Counted from the stretch's first letter, positions 41,625 through 55,300 are shown. The stretch: DNA of 64,000 nucleotides from Octopus vulgaris (GCA_951406725.2 OX597828.1:45012001-45076000), one strand, 5' to 3'. A program made the numbers and translations. Notes: generated by a model not told the origin, from the letters alone.

Positions 41625-42075
41625 ACATGCAAGTGCTACCAGTCGAGAGCTCCACATACCAGAAGTCAGCAAGTGTATGGGGTCATCAGGAGAGAATGCG
41701 TGCTGTTTCGGGGCCCACCTCTTAATGGCATCAATGTGCACTGGCTCCCCTCACTGATATGAGGCCCCGCTTGCTAGATCAACTGGTTATCAAATAAGGC
41801 TCAATATTCTTCTAGCCATTGTTCATCGTCTCTTTTTAACCAAATCCAGTGGCTAACCTTTTCCACTGTAGTTTGGTCATGGTGGTATTGACTTTACGAT
41901 GAGTTAGGCCTAACGATAACAAGTCGCCTTACACTGTGTCCAACAAACCCTCTACATCCGACTTTGATGGGAAAATGCTCCACTTTCCAGCCTGCATCTT
42001 CATATTCCTTGAGGAGGTTTACATAACGGTCAATCTTTTGGCCCTGAGTGGTGTCCATGTTATCTTCATGAAGAA
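41625..42075 (-). mobile_element. HERO-like (RLE) non-LTR retrotransposon 3' fragment with 3' UTR
   Basis: RYVNLLKEYEDAGWKVEHFPIKVGCRGFVG, then after a frameshift QTTVEKVSHWIWLKRDDEQWLEEY* (stop 41801-41803). Confidence 0.75.
41677..41729 (-). ncRNA. Non-circularly permuted hammerhead motif (decayed) in a HERO-like 3' UTR
   Basis: GCCAUU-AAGAG..GUGGGCCCC-GAAA-CAGC..CUCUC-CUGAUGA-CCCCAU, about 70 nt after the ORF stop. Confidence 0.5.
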
Positions 42076-42498
42076 CCATAATAACATAATTTATTGTAAT
42101 CTTATATCTAATGATCATAATGCATGTATATACTATATATGTAACCAAAACTCTGAACAAACTTTTGAATCAATCTAATATGATAGCACAGTCCTAAACA
42201 TACTAATTTCATTATAGCCATGAGAATACTGATAACAGCAACAACATAGGAAGACTACAACAATAACAACAACATTGGCGGTGCCCCAGCATGGCCACAG
42301 CTCGTAAGCTGAAACTAGATAAAAAAAAATTTGTGTCAATTACAAAAGTAATAATGCAAACTACAACATTGTTTATATATGTATATATACACTTTTAATT
42401 AATTCTTGAAAATTTGATATTTTTGTTTTTTATTAAATTTTAAAATTAAATTAAAAGAAATTGCTTTGTTTCATTAATTAAAATGAAAATATGATCAC

Positions 42499-42513
42499 CT
42501 TTATTTCAGGCTG
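42499..42513 (-). CDS. Candidate 15-nt microexon (QPEIK) of NCKX
   Basis: Long pyrimidine tract followed by ttcag|CAGCCTGAAATAAAG|gtgatc; frame-preserving; the donor is weak. Confidence 0.3.
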
Positions 42514-42574
42514 CTGAACAGCAAGAATGAGAAAGCGAAGTAGAAGAGTAATAACAGCAGTGACAAGAGTATAT

Positions 42575-42995
42575 CACCAGGAGTATATCACCAGGAGTAC
42601 CAGGAATAGCAGCAAGTGTAGCAGCAGAAATGTCAGGAGTAACAGCAAGTGTAACAGCAGGAGTATCAGGAGTATCAGCAGGAGTGCCAGGAGTAACAAC
42701 AGGAGTATCAGCAGGAGTAACGGCAGGAGTATCAGCAGGAGTGACAGGAGTAACAGCAAGTGTAACAGCAGGAGTATCAGGAGTATCAGAAGGAGTGTCA
42801 GGAGTAACAACAGGTGTAACAGCAGGAGTATCAGGAGTATCAGCAGTAGTAAAGACAGGAGTATTAGGAGTATCAGCAGGAGTAATGGCAGGAGTATCAG
42901 GTGTATCAGCAGGAGTGACAGGAATAACAGCAAGTTTAACAGCAGGAGTAACAACAGGAGTATCAAGAGTAACAGCAGAGTATCAGCAGGAGTTG
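42575..42995. repeat. Degenerate 9/12-bp minisatellite (agcaggagt-atc/aac)
   Basis: Repeating caggagt units; produces spurious ORFs on both strands. Confidence 0.85.
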
Positions 42996-43249
42996 TTACA
43001 ATAACAACAATAAGAACGCCAGCAATAACCAAAAGGAAGAGAAAAAGAAATAAAAAAGAAAAAGAAGAAAAGAGAGAAAAACATGAGAAATCAGTGAGAG
43101 AGAGAGAAAGATGAAGAGAGAGATAGAAAGAGAGAGAGTGGGGTGAAAAGGAAAAGAGAGAGAGAGAGACATCAGAAAATGTATTTATTATTTGAAAATT
43201 AAGGTTTGAGAAGGGGAGAAGTTAAAGAAGAAAAAGAAGCAACAGTGAA

Positions 43250-43250
43250 T

Positions 43251-43292
<42 letters not shown>

Positions 43293-43665
43293 ATAACATA
43301 GGAAAAGAAGGAGAAGAAGAAGAAGAAGGAGGAGGAGAAGAAGAAGAAGCAAGAGGAGAAGGGGAAGAAGAAGAAGAAGGAGGAGGAGGAGGAGGAGAAG
43401 GAGAAGAAAAAGAAGAAGAAGGAGGAGAAAAAGAAGAAGAAGAAGAAATAGAAGGAGGAGGAGGAGGAGAAGAAGAAGAAGGAGGAGGAGGAGGAGGAGG
43501 AGAAGAAGAAGAAGGAGGAGGAGGAGGAGGAGGAGAAGAAGAAGAAGAAGAAGAAGAAGAAATAGAAGAAGGGGGAGGAGGAGGAGGAAGAAGAAGAAGA
43601 AGAAGAAGAAGAAGGAGAAATAGAAGGAGAAGAAGAAGGAGAAGAAGAAGAGGAAGAAGAAGAGA
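43250..43665. repeat. (GTA)n and (GAA/GGA)n polypurine tract
   Basis: Seen directly. Confidence 0.9.
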
Positions 43666-43921
43666 TACCCTAATGTCTAATATTAATATTCACAGCTACA
43701 CATCGCCACATTTACATAGGAAGTGCATGTAGAAGAATTGTTGCATGTGTGTGTGTGTGTGTGTGTTTCTCTTTTCCCAAGCCATATATTCATTTGCCCA
43801 TTTTTTTTTTACTTCCATTTATCTATGCTGGCATCAGTTAGTTGGATACTTATTTCAAACAGTACTTTTATGATTGGATGCTCATCCATTCACCAACCTT
43901 TAACTACTTTACAAGTATAGG

Positions 43922-43968
<47 letters not shown>

Positions 43969-45360
43969 TGTGTGTGTATGCATGTGTGCATGTATATATG
44001 TATGAATATATCTATGACTATCATCATCATCATCATTTAGCGTCTGTTTTCCATGCTAGCATGGGCTGGACGGTTCAACTGGGGTCTGTGAAGCCAGAAG
44101 GCTGCATCAGGCCCAGTCTGATCTGGCAGTGTTTCTACGGCTGGATGCCCTTCCTAACGCCAACCACTCCGCGAGTGTAGTGGGTGCTTTTTACGTGCCA
44201 CCTGCACAGGTGCCAGACGGAGCAGGCAAACGACCACGAACAGATGGTGCTTTTACGTGCCACTGGCACGGGGGCCAGGCGAGGCTGCCAACGGACACGA
44301 ACGGATGGTGCTTTTACGTGCCACTGGCACGGGGGCCAGGCGAGGCTGGCAATGGACACGAACAGATGGTACTTTTACGTGCCACCGGCATGGAGGCCAG
44401 TCGGGGCAGCGCTGGCAACGACCAAAAACGGATGTTGCTTTTTACGTGCCACCAGCACGGGGGCCAGGCGAGGCTGGCAACGGCCACGGAGTCAACAAGA
44501 GGGAGTACAGAGGACCATTTATTTGTAATCACCACAATTGTTTCCATGCAACATAGTTCTCTAGGTTTGTAGGTATTTAGTTATGTAACTAAAAGCCAGT
44601 GGGTGCCGGTGGCATGTGTAAAAAGATTCGAGCGAGGTCGTTGCCAGTATCGCCTGACTGGCCTCCCGTGCTGGTGGCACGTAAAAAGCACCCACTACAC
44701 TCTCAGAGTGGTCGGCATTAGGAAGGGCATCCAGCTGTAGAAACCCTGCCAGATCAAGATTGGAGCCTGGTGCAGCCATCTGGCTTGCCAGCCCTCAGTC
44801 AAAATCGTCCAACCCATGCTAGCGTGGAAAGTGGACGTTAAACGATGATGATGAGAGTGACAGGAGCAATATTAATACCAAAAGAGGCTGAAATCACATT
44901 ATCAGTTCGTCCCTGTAGCAGCAGTAGCAATGAATGTCTGACACCAGCAAGAGCTATGATGTACTTTTGTGCATTGTGAATCCATGTGAGGGATTTTCTC
45001 TCTTGTTAAATATTGCAGTATTTATGTGTTCTTACCCAACATCCACTTTTAAGTGGTGAATATTCTACCTTTTGGTGTAAAAATTGTTTCTATTGTTCTC
45101 TCTATATTTATATATATATTTTGATAAGCCATTGTCTTGCCATAGTGGACAGTACAGTTATTACAAGGGAGGTGATCATTGCTTCTTAAAATTCAGTTGG
45201 ATAAAAGTTTGAACTGGAAATTAAGGACTTATGAAGCAAAAGTGTCATAGAATTCACATTTAAATATTTTTTTGCATTTTTATTTTGAAATTCTTAATAA
45301 ATAAACAGAGGAAATCATGTATAGCATTATTTCATTCTTTTTCGAACACATAGAGTATAG

Positions 45361-45408
<48 letters not shown>

Positions 45409-45528
45409 TTAAATGTAAAATTTAAAATAAGGGTGAAAAATTGAGTATTAATTTGATTAATATCAATTTAAAACCAGTGGGCAAGGAAATAGAAAAATCT
45501 GAAGATTCAGAAAAATTATATTACATAC

Positions 45529-45759
45529 ATATAAGAGGGATGACCACTACGTGGACATCCATTATGCTAGAAGTAGATCCGCTGTGATCTTACCACTAAG
45601 AAAGGAATGTTCTCAAGAAAAATTTGTTTCATTTCATTTGTCATGCTCGCTTCCATTCTGGTGTTTGCTAAATTTTTCTTGAGAGCATTCCTTTCTTAGT
45701 GGTAAGATCATAGCAGATCTACTTCTAGTATAATGGATGTCCATGTAGTGGTCTTCCCT

Positions 45760-45766
<7 letters not shown>
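45529..45766. repeat. Inverted repeat, ~95-bp arms, beside (TA)n
   Basis: ataagagggatgaccactac...tcaagaaaaattt mirrored at 45670-45766. Confidence 0.85.
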
Positions 45767-45798
<32 letters not shown>

Positions 45799-46451
45799 AA
45801 AAATGAGATTAAAAAATCCTGGCAGATATCAATTAAGCACTCAGTATAAAGGAATAAGATTAAATTTCCAACAAGTAGATCACAGTAAATGTATTTAGAA
45901 TAGAAATCCCAGGTAAATCCTCATGTATGGCAGGTAATCCAATGATCCTTATGCAGAATTTTAAGAAATTCAGAATATTAATAACAATCAATAAGATGTA
46001 TGTAGAAAATCATATCTTTTTTTTTTAGATCACACCTTAAAAATCCAACAATTGTTTCAATTGCCTTAACATATACAGATATATATTCACACACACTTCT
46101 TCTTTTCCTATGCTGCTGCTGCTGCTACTACTACTATTACTACTATTAAACTTAATAATAATATGTACAAAAATTTATGCCAACACATTTTTAGCAGATA
46201 GATATACTCGTTTTCTACATTAGATATTTTTTTGTAGATTTCAACTATTTTTAATTCTTTTATTTGTTTCAGTCATTTGACTGCACACTACCTTAAGTCG
46301 AACAAATCGAACCCAGGACTCATTCTTTGTAAGCCTAGTACTTATTCTATCAGTCCCTTTTGCTGAACTGCTAAGTTACGGGCACATAAACACACCAGCA
46401 TCTGTTGTCAAGCAATGTTGCGGGGAAAAACACAGATGCACAAACATATAC

Positions 46452-46496
<45 letters not shown>

Positions 46497-46501
46497 CATA
46501 C

Positions 46502-46568
<67 letters not shown>

Positions 46569-47478
46569 ATATTTCGGAATGGTCATATTGCCAGTTTAGC
46601 CAATAATATAATATAAATAATATATATAGGCATTTATACATACATATATGTACATAATTGCATATATATGTATATACATATGCATATATGGGTAGAGGAC
46701 GTCAACAAGCATAAACAACATGAAAAACGAGAACATTAAATACTTCCATGTTTTTGTATTTCATTTTCTCGTTTTTCATGTTGTTTACGTATTTTGATGT
46801 CCTACACAAATATGTGCATGTATATATACATATATATGCATGTATTTACAGGTATGTATATATATATATATATGCATATATATATATATTATTTATATTA
46901 TTATATGATCGAACGCCATGCATCCATTTCCAAGTAAGTTTTATATATATATATATATACGACGGGCTTTTTTCAGTTTCCGTCTACCATATCCATTCAT
47001 GAGGTTTTGGTTGACCCAAACCTATAGTAGAAGACACTTGCCCAAGGTGTCATGCAAAAAATATGGAATTAGTGTGGTATTTTTTATATTTTATTTTTAT
47101 AAACTAATGACGTTGTTTTCAGTTGAATGAATGAATTTCTGAAGTTAAGTTTGGTTTGGGGTTTCATTTTGTTAGTATTTTTTAACAGCTGAAATGTTTT
47201 GAGATGTTCAATTAAAATTTCACCAATATGGCTTACCTTGACAATGTTGTGTTGACATATATTTTCATACCTATCATTATTAATTTTAATAATACTATGT
47301 ATATATATATATATATATACAACTCACCCAACAAAAAGTCACTACTTGAATGGACCATAAACAAAACTTGACTTAAACAGGATTCAAATAATCCTATCAG
47401 GTGATGCTATTAAGTTAGACATGGCCTGAACCAATCATTGGTCGAAACATATCTAAGTTTATCTAAGTTTATATATAT

Positions 47479-47510
<32 letters not shown>

Positions 47511-47613
47511 ATGAATACATGTATGTATATGCTAATGCAAGTGAAACAATTGTTGTATTTTTAAGGTGTGATCTAAACAAAGATATGATTTTCTTCGTAC
47601 ATATTATTGATTG

Positions 47614-47709
<96 letters not shown>

Positions 47710-48118
47710 GTTTGTATGCTTTGTGTGTGTGTGTGTACATATTTGTTGTTATAAACTATGCATTTCTATCTGAAAAATTCAGTTTTATTAATCCTATGCC
47801 TGATAGAAAATTTGAATAAATTTGCATAACAAATTTTGGGGAAATTTGTCATTCAACAACGAAAACTAATCATTTCCAAATATGGTAAATGAGTTGCAAC
47901 AGATCCTATTGACCTGGATTGAAATATCTGTGATTTCCAAAGATCATTGACATTCCACGAGGGAAATCATAGAATTACAATCCAACTGCAAGAAAATGTG
48001 ATTCTTGATTAAGCTGAAGAATATTGGTAGAAATTTGAATAAAATTTTGTAGTTTTTAACTTTTAAAAGACATAGAAAAAGGTGTTAGGGCTAGAATAGG
48101 ATAAGGAAAGATAAGCGA

Positions 48119-48166
<48 letters not shown>

Positions 48167-48252
48167 AAAAAAGGAAAAAAGGTGTGAAATTCAGATAAAC
48201 ATGTGTGAGATTACACATATATATATGTATATATATATATATATATATACAC

Positions 48253-48308
<56 letters not shown>

Positions 48309-48482
48309 GTATACATCTATATGTATTTACACACATGTGCATACTCCTTATGTATGTATGTATGTATGTATGTATGTATGTATGTATATATATATATATA
48401 CATATATATGAATGTATGTATATATGTATGTATATATATATATATGTATGTATGTATATATATATATATATATGTATTTATA

Positions 48483-48552
<70 letters not shown>

Positions 48553-48598
48553 CATATGCACATACAGGTTTACATTTATATATGTGTACAAACATATA

Positions 48599-48656
<58 letters not shown>

Positions 48657-48869
48657 TAAATAAATAGATAGATATATCATTGACATAACAATAAAATCAA
48701 GAGGTATGAGAGATGAATATGTATTTAGTTTTTTCATATCATTTCCATAGGAAGTCAAGTGGTTAAATAAATATGTGATAGCTGTATGGTTCTCTAAATC
48801 CATGTCTTTTACAACTCATTAATATGTGTGTGTTTCTGTGTTGTTGTGTGTGTGTAGATATGCATACAC

Positions 48870-48902
<33 letters not shown>

Positions 48903-49720
48903 CATACATATATATGTACACATACACAAATATACATGCATATATACATATATATATATACAAATACATATTTATGTCTAAGTCATTTCTCTCAATATCT
49001 ATCTATATATATGAATATACTCACACACACACAACACACGCGTTCATGCGTGCACACACCCATCACCATAATCAACATCATGTTTACCATTTTTCCATGC
49101 TTTTGCCATTTCCACACATGGTAATATTTTCCCATGAAATGGTTTGTGCACAGTAATTTAAATTACTGATATTCATATCCAATAATTATGTGTTTTTAAT
49201 GCAAGGAGGTACAAACACTTCCCTGCCATTCACACAAACATATAAACATGTCGATATAATCTGGTGGAATAAATTTCTATTCTGACCAGGAAACCCTGGG
49301 TAGCTGTATTTACAAGACATGTGGTTTTTTTATTTTAAGATTATCTTTACTTTCAAAGTTGATTGAGGGCTTTCTATACTTGTTGCAGCATTACTACATA
49401 ATACATTTATAAATATTTATATATGTGTGTATATGTATATATCTCTCTATCTATACATATATACATATACATATATATATGCATGTATGTGTATATATAT
49501 ATATATACACATGTATATATATGTGTGTTTGCACACGTGTATATATATATATTTATATATATATGAATTATTCACTGCAGCCCTTCGCTTCAGGAGTCTC
49601 TTAGCGCGCCAGAACCAAGACATTTGAAATTTTATTCCCGATGTAATCAGTAAGACTAAGCACGTGTCTGTCTTGACACAGAGAGCTGGGGTTAGTCTTG
49701 CGGTTTGCATCTCGAGGACC

Positions 49721-49798
49721 GAATGTACTGATGAAGTCACGGACACTTGAATTATGCAAGTAATTCTTTTGTTAAGACCGAAACCGAGGTATGCATTT
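49721..49798 (+). ncRNA. Type I hammerhead ribozyme candidate (Penelope-like)
   Basis: Stem I GAAUGUA/UGCAUUU (7 bp), CUGAUGA at 49728-49734, stem II GUC/GAC, GAAA at 49780-49783, mini stem III ACC-GA-GGU, GUA cleavage triplet. Confidence 0.65.
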
Positions 49799-50097
49799 AA
49801 GTCTGTTTTTTATTTAATTTTTCATATGTCCTGCCCACCAAATTTGGTTCTGGTGTTCGCTGAATTCTTCCTCTAGAGAATTTCCCTTGTAGTTTGATCG
49901 TTGATGATCTTCTTCTAGCATTCTGGCCGGCTACCTAGCAGGCCAGCCCTGCCAATATACACATATATTTGAATTTTCTCTGACTCCTCAGATTTTTTGA
50001 ATGCTGGACTACTGGTTTTAAATTGATATTAAAATTAATATTAATTTATCTCCCTCAATTTTTATATATTTATATATATATATGTGCGTTTGCATGC

Positions 50098-50132
<35 letters not shown>

Positions 50133-50395
50133 CATGATCACTGTGACCGACCAGGCTATCAGATGTTTTTACACATCGCTGGTCAGAATGCACTTCACAT
50201 TGTTTTAGCCTTCAAATGGCGCCACCCACTGCTGGAGCCTCATGGAGCTTTTAGGTGTTTTTGCTCAATAAACACGCACAATGCTCGGTCTGGGAATCGA
50301 AACTGTGATCCTCCAACCGTGAGTCCGCTGCCCTATCCACTGGGCCATTGCGCCTCCACATGTGTATATATATAAATGTATATATATATGTGTGT

Positions 50396-50432
<37 letters not shown>

Positions 50433-50949
50433 ATGTATGTATGTATGTATGTATTTATGTATTTATGTATGTATGGATGTATGAATGTACAACAAAAAAG
50501 AAAACTTGAAAATTTATTGGTAACACTCATTCACCATTACACATGTTTCATATGCTAATAGGATTTACAGACTCTTGTATGTTAAATAGGCATGTGAGGA
50601 ATTTCTTATTTGAGGTTTTCAGACACAGAAATTAAATAATGTTATTTAATTTCTCTCTTCATAGAATTTGTAATAGAAAATGTTTACATTTTTATATGAA
50701 ATGTAAAACTCTAAAGTTCCTATTAGCAAATGAGACATGTGTAATGTTAAATAAATAATACCAATAAAATTTCCAATTTCTTGTTTTGTTATACAATAAC
50801 TCTGCGAATAATATTTCTAGAATTTTCAACTCTTCAATGTACATTGCAGATATGTAGCAATAACATAAATAGCATATTGGATTGTAATAATGGCATAACC
50901 AAAAATTCCTAAAGAGGAAACAGCTGAGATTGTACCCTACCAACCTACC

Positions 50950-51019
<70 letters not shown>

Positions 51020-51200
51020 TGGAAGGTTTGGAGATGATGTACAGGTATTTTATATTAGAAGAAATGAGGTACTCAGAAATTTGGATGGTTTTATATTTAC
51101 AGATATATAATTGTATATTACATGCTTTTATACATCATATAACTTAGATCATGTATTAGCGCTTTCTCCCATTCTAGTGGGGTTTTCAAATCGAACTATG

Positions 51201-51241
<41 letters not shown>

Positions 51242-51435
51242 ATATATATGTGCATGTATGCAGGTGTACGTGTGTACATATGTATACACACACACATATA
51301 TATGATTATCAAAGTTGGGAGGTAAGTCCAGTTAGATATAAAGTCTCAGAAGAGGACCAAAGAACATAGAGTATTTCCAACAATTAATTAATCTTAATAC
51401 ATGATATACATATATGTGTGTTTGCATGTATGTAA

Positions 51436-51518
<83 letters not shown>

Positions 51519-52038
51519 TATATACATATATATATACAAATATATGTTTATATATGTACATATGTATTTATGTATGTATATATGTATGAATGTATGTATA
51601 TATGTACTTATGCATGTATGTATGTACATTTATGATGGGTCACTTAGTGACTGTCCACTATACTCACAAAGCTTTTGGTTTGCCTTGTGCTATAGTGGAA
51701 GACTGTTGTCCAAAATACTATATAGTAGGATTATAGACAAAACCATGTAATTAGGTGAACTTCTTAGGAACACAGGCATGCTTGCGTGCATTTATATATA
51801 CATATATATATATACATATACATTTATACACACATATATACGTATATATATATGGAAAAAAGTCAAGATAGAAAATGCTAAAATAATTTTATTAAAAATA
51901 TTTCAGTACCAGTTTCATCATTGAGATTTTTTCAACTGTAAGTATGGAAAACAATTAAATATTGGAAAAATTAAAAGAAAAGCTTTTTTAAAAGAAATTA
52001 ATTCAATTTTTCCAAAATTTAATTGTTTTCCATACTTA

Positions 52039-52074
52039 CAGTTGAAGAAGTCTCAATGACTGAAACCGGTACTG
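52039..52074 (+). ncRNA. Minimal type I hammerhead (C3U variant) within an inverted repeat
   Basis: CAG-UUGAAGA-AGUC-UCAAU-GACU-GAAA-CCGG-UA-CUG; a decayed mirror copy lies on the minus strand at ~51903-51940. Confidence 0.5.
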
Positions 52075-52585
52075 CATTTTCTATCTTGACTTTTTTTCCC
52101 ATATATATCAACTTGTGTGTTCCATTTCAACCTTCTACACACACACAAACACATACATATATATATATATATTTATATATGTATATATAAATGTATTGCA
52201 ATTAGAAAGTAAAATGTGTAAAAGACATTTATGAATTTAAAGACAAGAGGAAAACAACTATAAAAGACTGGAATAGTTACATAGTATTAAGTCAATATAT
52301 TCAAACAGAAAATATAAGCAGTAAAGATCTGGCGTGTCATACCAGGGTGTTATGATGATGGGAGCAACAACAGTGATGATGGTGATGACGATGATTGCGA
52401 CGACGACGACGATGGTGATGGTGATAGTGGTCATAGTTATGGTGTTGGTGGTGTTGGTGTTGTAGAAAAAGGAAAAGAGGAAAACACCACAAAATAATAT
52501 AGCGAAACACGAAGCCAAAGGGAAAATATAAAGTATATAAGTAAAAAGTGAATGTAGAATTTGAGAATTTTCCTGTATACATATT

Positions 52586-52823
52586 ACTCTTTTACTCTTT
52601 TATTTGTTTCCGTCATTTGACTGTGGCCATGCTGGAGCACCGCCTTTAGTCGAGCAAATCGACCCCAGGACTTATTCTTTGTAAGCCTAGTACTTATTCT
52701 ATCGGTCTCTTTTGCCAAATCGCTAAGTTACAGGGACAGAAACACACCAGCATCGGTTGTCAAGCGATGTTGGGGGGACAAACACAGACACACAAACATA
52801 TACACACATGCATACATAAATAC

Positions 52824-52880
<57 letters not shown>

Positions 52881-53045
52881 TACGACGACCTTCTTTCAGT
52901 TTCCGTCTACCAAATCCACTCACAAGGCTTTGGCTGGCTCGAGGTTATAGTGGAAGACACTTACCCAAGGTGCCATGCAGTGGGACTGAACCTGGAACCA
53001 TGTGGTTCGTTAGCAAGCTACTTAACACACAGCCACTCCTACACC
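52586..53045 (-). mobile_element. SINE family A, full length
   Basis: Matches the other copies. Confidence 0.85.
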
Positions 53046-53057
53046 TATATATATATA

Positions 53058-53282
53058 CAGTAATTTTTTTGGCTATTGCAGGTGTTACATTCCAAAACCC
53101 CTGCGATAGGTAAAAATCTATGAAGAACAAACAGTACTGTACTGTATATTTCATTTTATTATTTTTATAATTTGTATATATCTATTTTTTAGTGTAAGTG
53201 CAAAACAACACCACGGAGGAATCAACGTAAGCTTAAATAATAAACCATGATAGGTGAATCACAATATGGCGAGGGATTACTG
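53058..53282. mobile_element. Tigger/pogo-like MITE
   Basis: TA-flanked cagtaat... / ...gcgagggattactg ends. Confidence 0.6.
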
Positions 53283-54379
53283 TATATTATATTTATTATT
53301 TTATTATATTTAAATTTTTTATACTTTTTGGTTAGTTTAAAAAAAAAAATTAAAAGTTAAAAAATTTAAAAGCTTAAAAATTTTAAAATTTAAAAATTTG
53401 AAAATGTAAAAATATAAAAATTTATAAATATAAATTTTAAAATTTCAAATTTTAATAATTTAAATTTTAAATTTTATATATATATTGTATATTATATTAA
53501 TTATATTTATTTTTTTGTTTTTTATGTTTTGGTTTATGTCTATCACTGTTTAAGTTGCCTAATAGTGGTTTTATCTCTAATTTAATTTATATATATATAT
53601 ATATCTGCCTGTTTGTCTGTTTCTCTCACTCTCTCTCTCTATATAAAAAAAAAGTAAAGATACCTATTGGTCATGGATGACCATGGGATTGCACCAAGAA
53701 AGTTCTCCTCTGTGGCTCAAGTCTGAGAAAGGTTGTTTATGAAAGACTAGCAGTCATCCATGCATGCCAGTCTCCTCTCTCCATGCCACCGATGTTATCC
53801 AAGGGAAAGGCAAAGGCCGATACAGCTAGGCACCTGCGACATCGCAACTCATTTCTACAGCTGAGTGAACAGGAGCAACAGGAAATAAAGTGTCTTGCTC
53901 AAGCATGCAATGCACATATATATACACACACACACATATATATATATTTTATCTTTTACCTGGGGCACTGCCTTGAAATACTTTTAGTTGAATGAATCAA
54001 CCCTGGTACTTTTTAAAATGCTGATACTTATTCTGTTGTTCGTTTTGGTTGAACTGCTAAGTTATGGGGATTTAACCAAACCAACACTGGTTGTCAAGGA
54101 GTTGGTGGACAAACACAGGCACACATGCACACACACACATGCATGCTCACATACATGCACATACAAGACAGGCTTCTTTCAGCTTCCATCTGCCGAATCC
54201 CTGCACATGTCTGTGGTTAGACCAAGGCTATAGTAGAAGTCAAATACCCAGGGTTCCACACAGGGGTACTGAATCTGGAAACAATTCGGGAAGCAAATTT
54301 CTTGCGGCACAGCCAGGCCAGTGCCTACATATACACATATGAATATTGGTATACATACCAATATATATATATGTATGTG

Positions 54380-54428
<49 letters not shown>

Positions 54429-54438
54429 ACACATACAT

Positions 54439-54511
<73 letters not shown>

Positions 54512-55266
54512 CACACACATATATACGATGGGCTTTCAGTTTCCGTCTACCAAATCCACTCACAAGGCTTTGGTCGGCCCGAGGCTATAGTAGAAGACAC
54601 TTGCCCAAGGTGACATGCAGTGGGACTGAATCCAGAACCATGTGGTTGGTAAGCAAGCTACTTACCACACAGCCAATAAAATTTATGCCACATTTTGATG
54701 GACTGTAAATATTTATAAATTGCTTGTAATTTGAGAAAGGAAGATAATTTTTAGCGAATATTGAAGTTTAAAATTCAACTACTCAAAGGAATTATTCTAT
54801 TTTTTTAATTTTCATTTTATACACATATACTCTTTTATTACCCTGCGGTGTCAACCTGGGAATTACTTCACAGCAAGAATAGATTAAGGGCTCATGTTGA
54901 ATTTTATCGTATTATATTTAATATAGATTCAATATTTCCACATAAATGAGGAATTGAATAATTATGGAATATAGGAAACATCAATTTTTTGTTTGTTTTT
55001 TGCTTAGTTAAAAATTAAACATCTTTATAATAACAATGAACATATAAATGTAAAAAAAAAGTTTGCTTTCTGTTCTGTTATATTTTATATAAATTTGATT
55101 TTCCATATAAATTATGAATAAAATTTTGAAAAGAAATAAGAGAAAATTCTCAAATTTAGAGAGGAAAATTAAAAGAAGGGAAATCTTTGTAGCAATGATG
55201 AGGATAAATGTAAAACAGCAACCATCATGCAAAAACATTGGTGATAAAGATAAAAAAATGACTGAT

Positions 55267-55300
<34 letters not shown>

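Noticed and set aside
42527-43114. 195-aa Arg/Ser-rich ORF and overlapping ORFs
   Set aside because: Product of a 9/12-bp minisatellite that is open in several frames.
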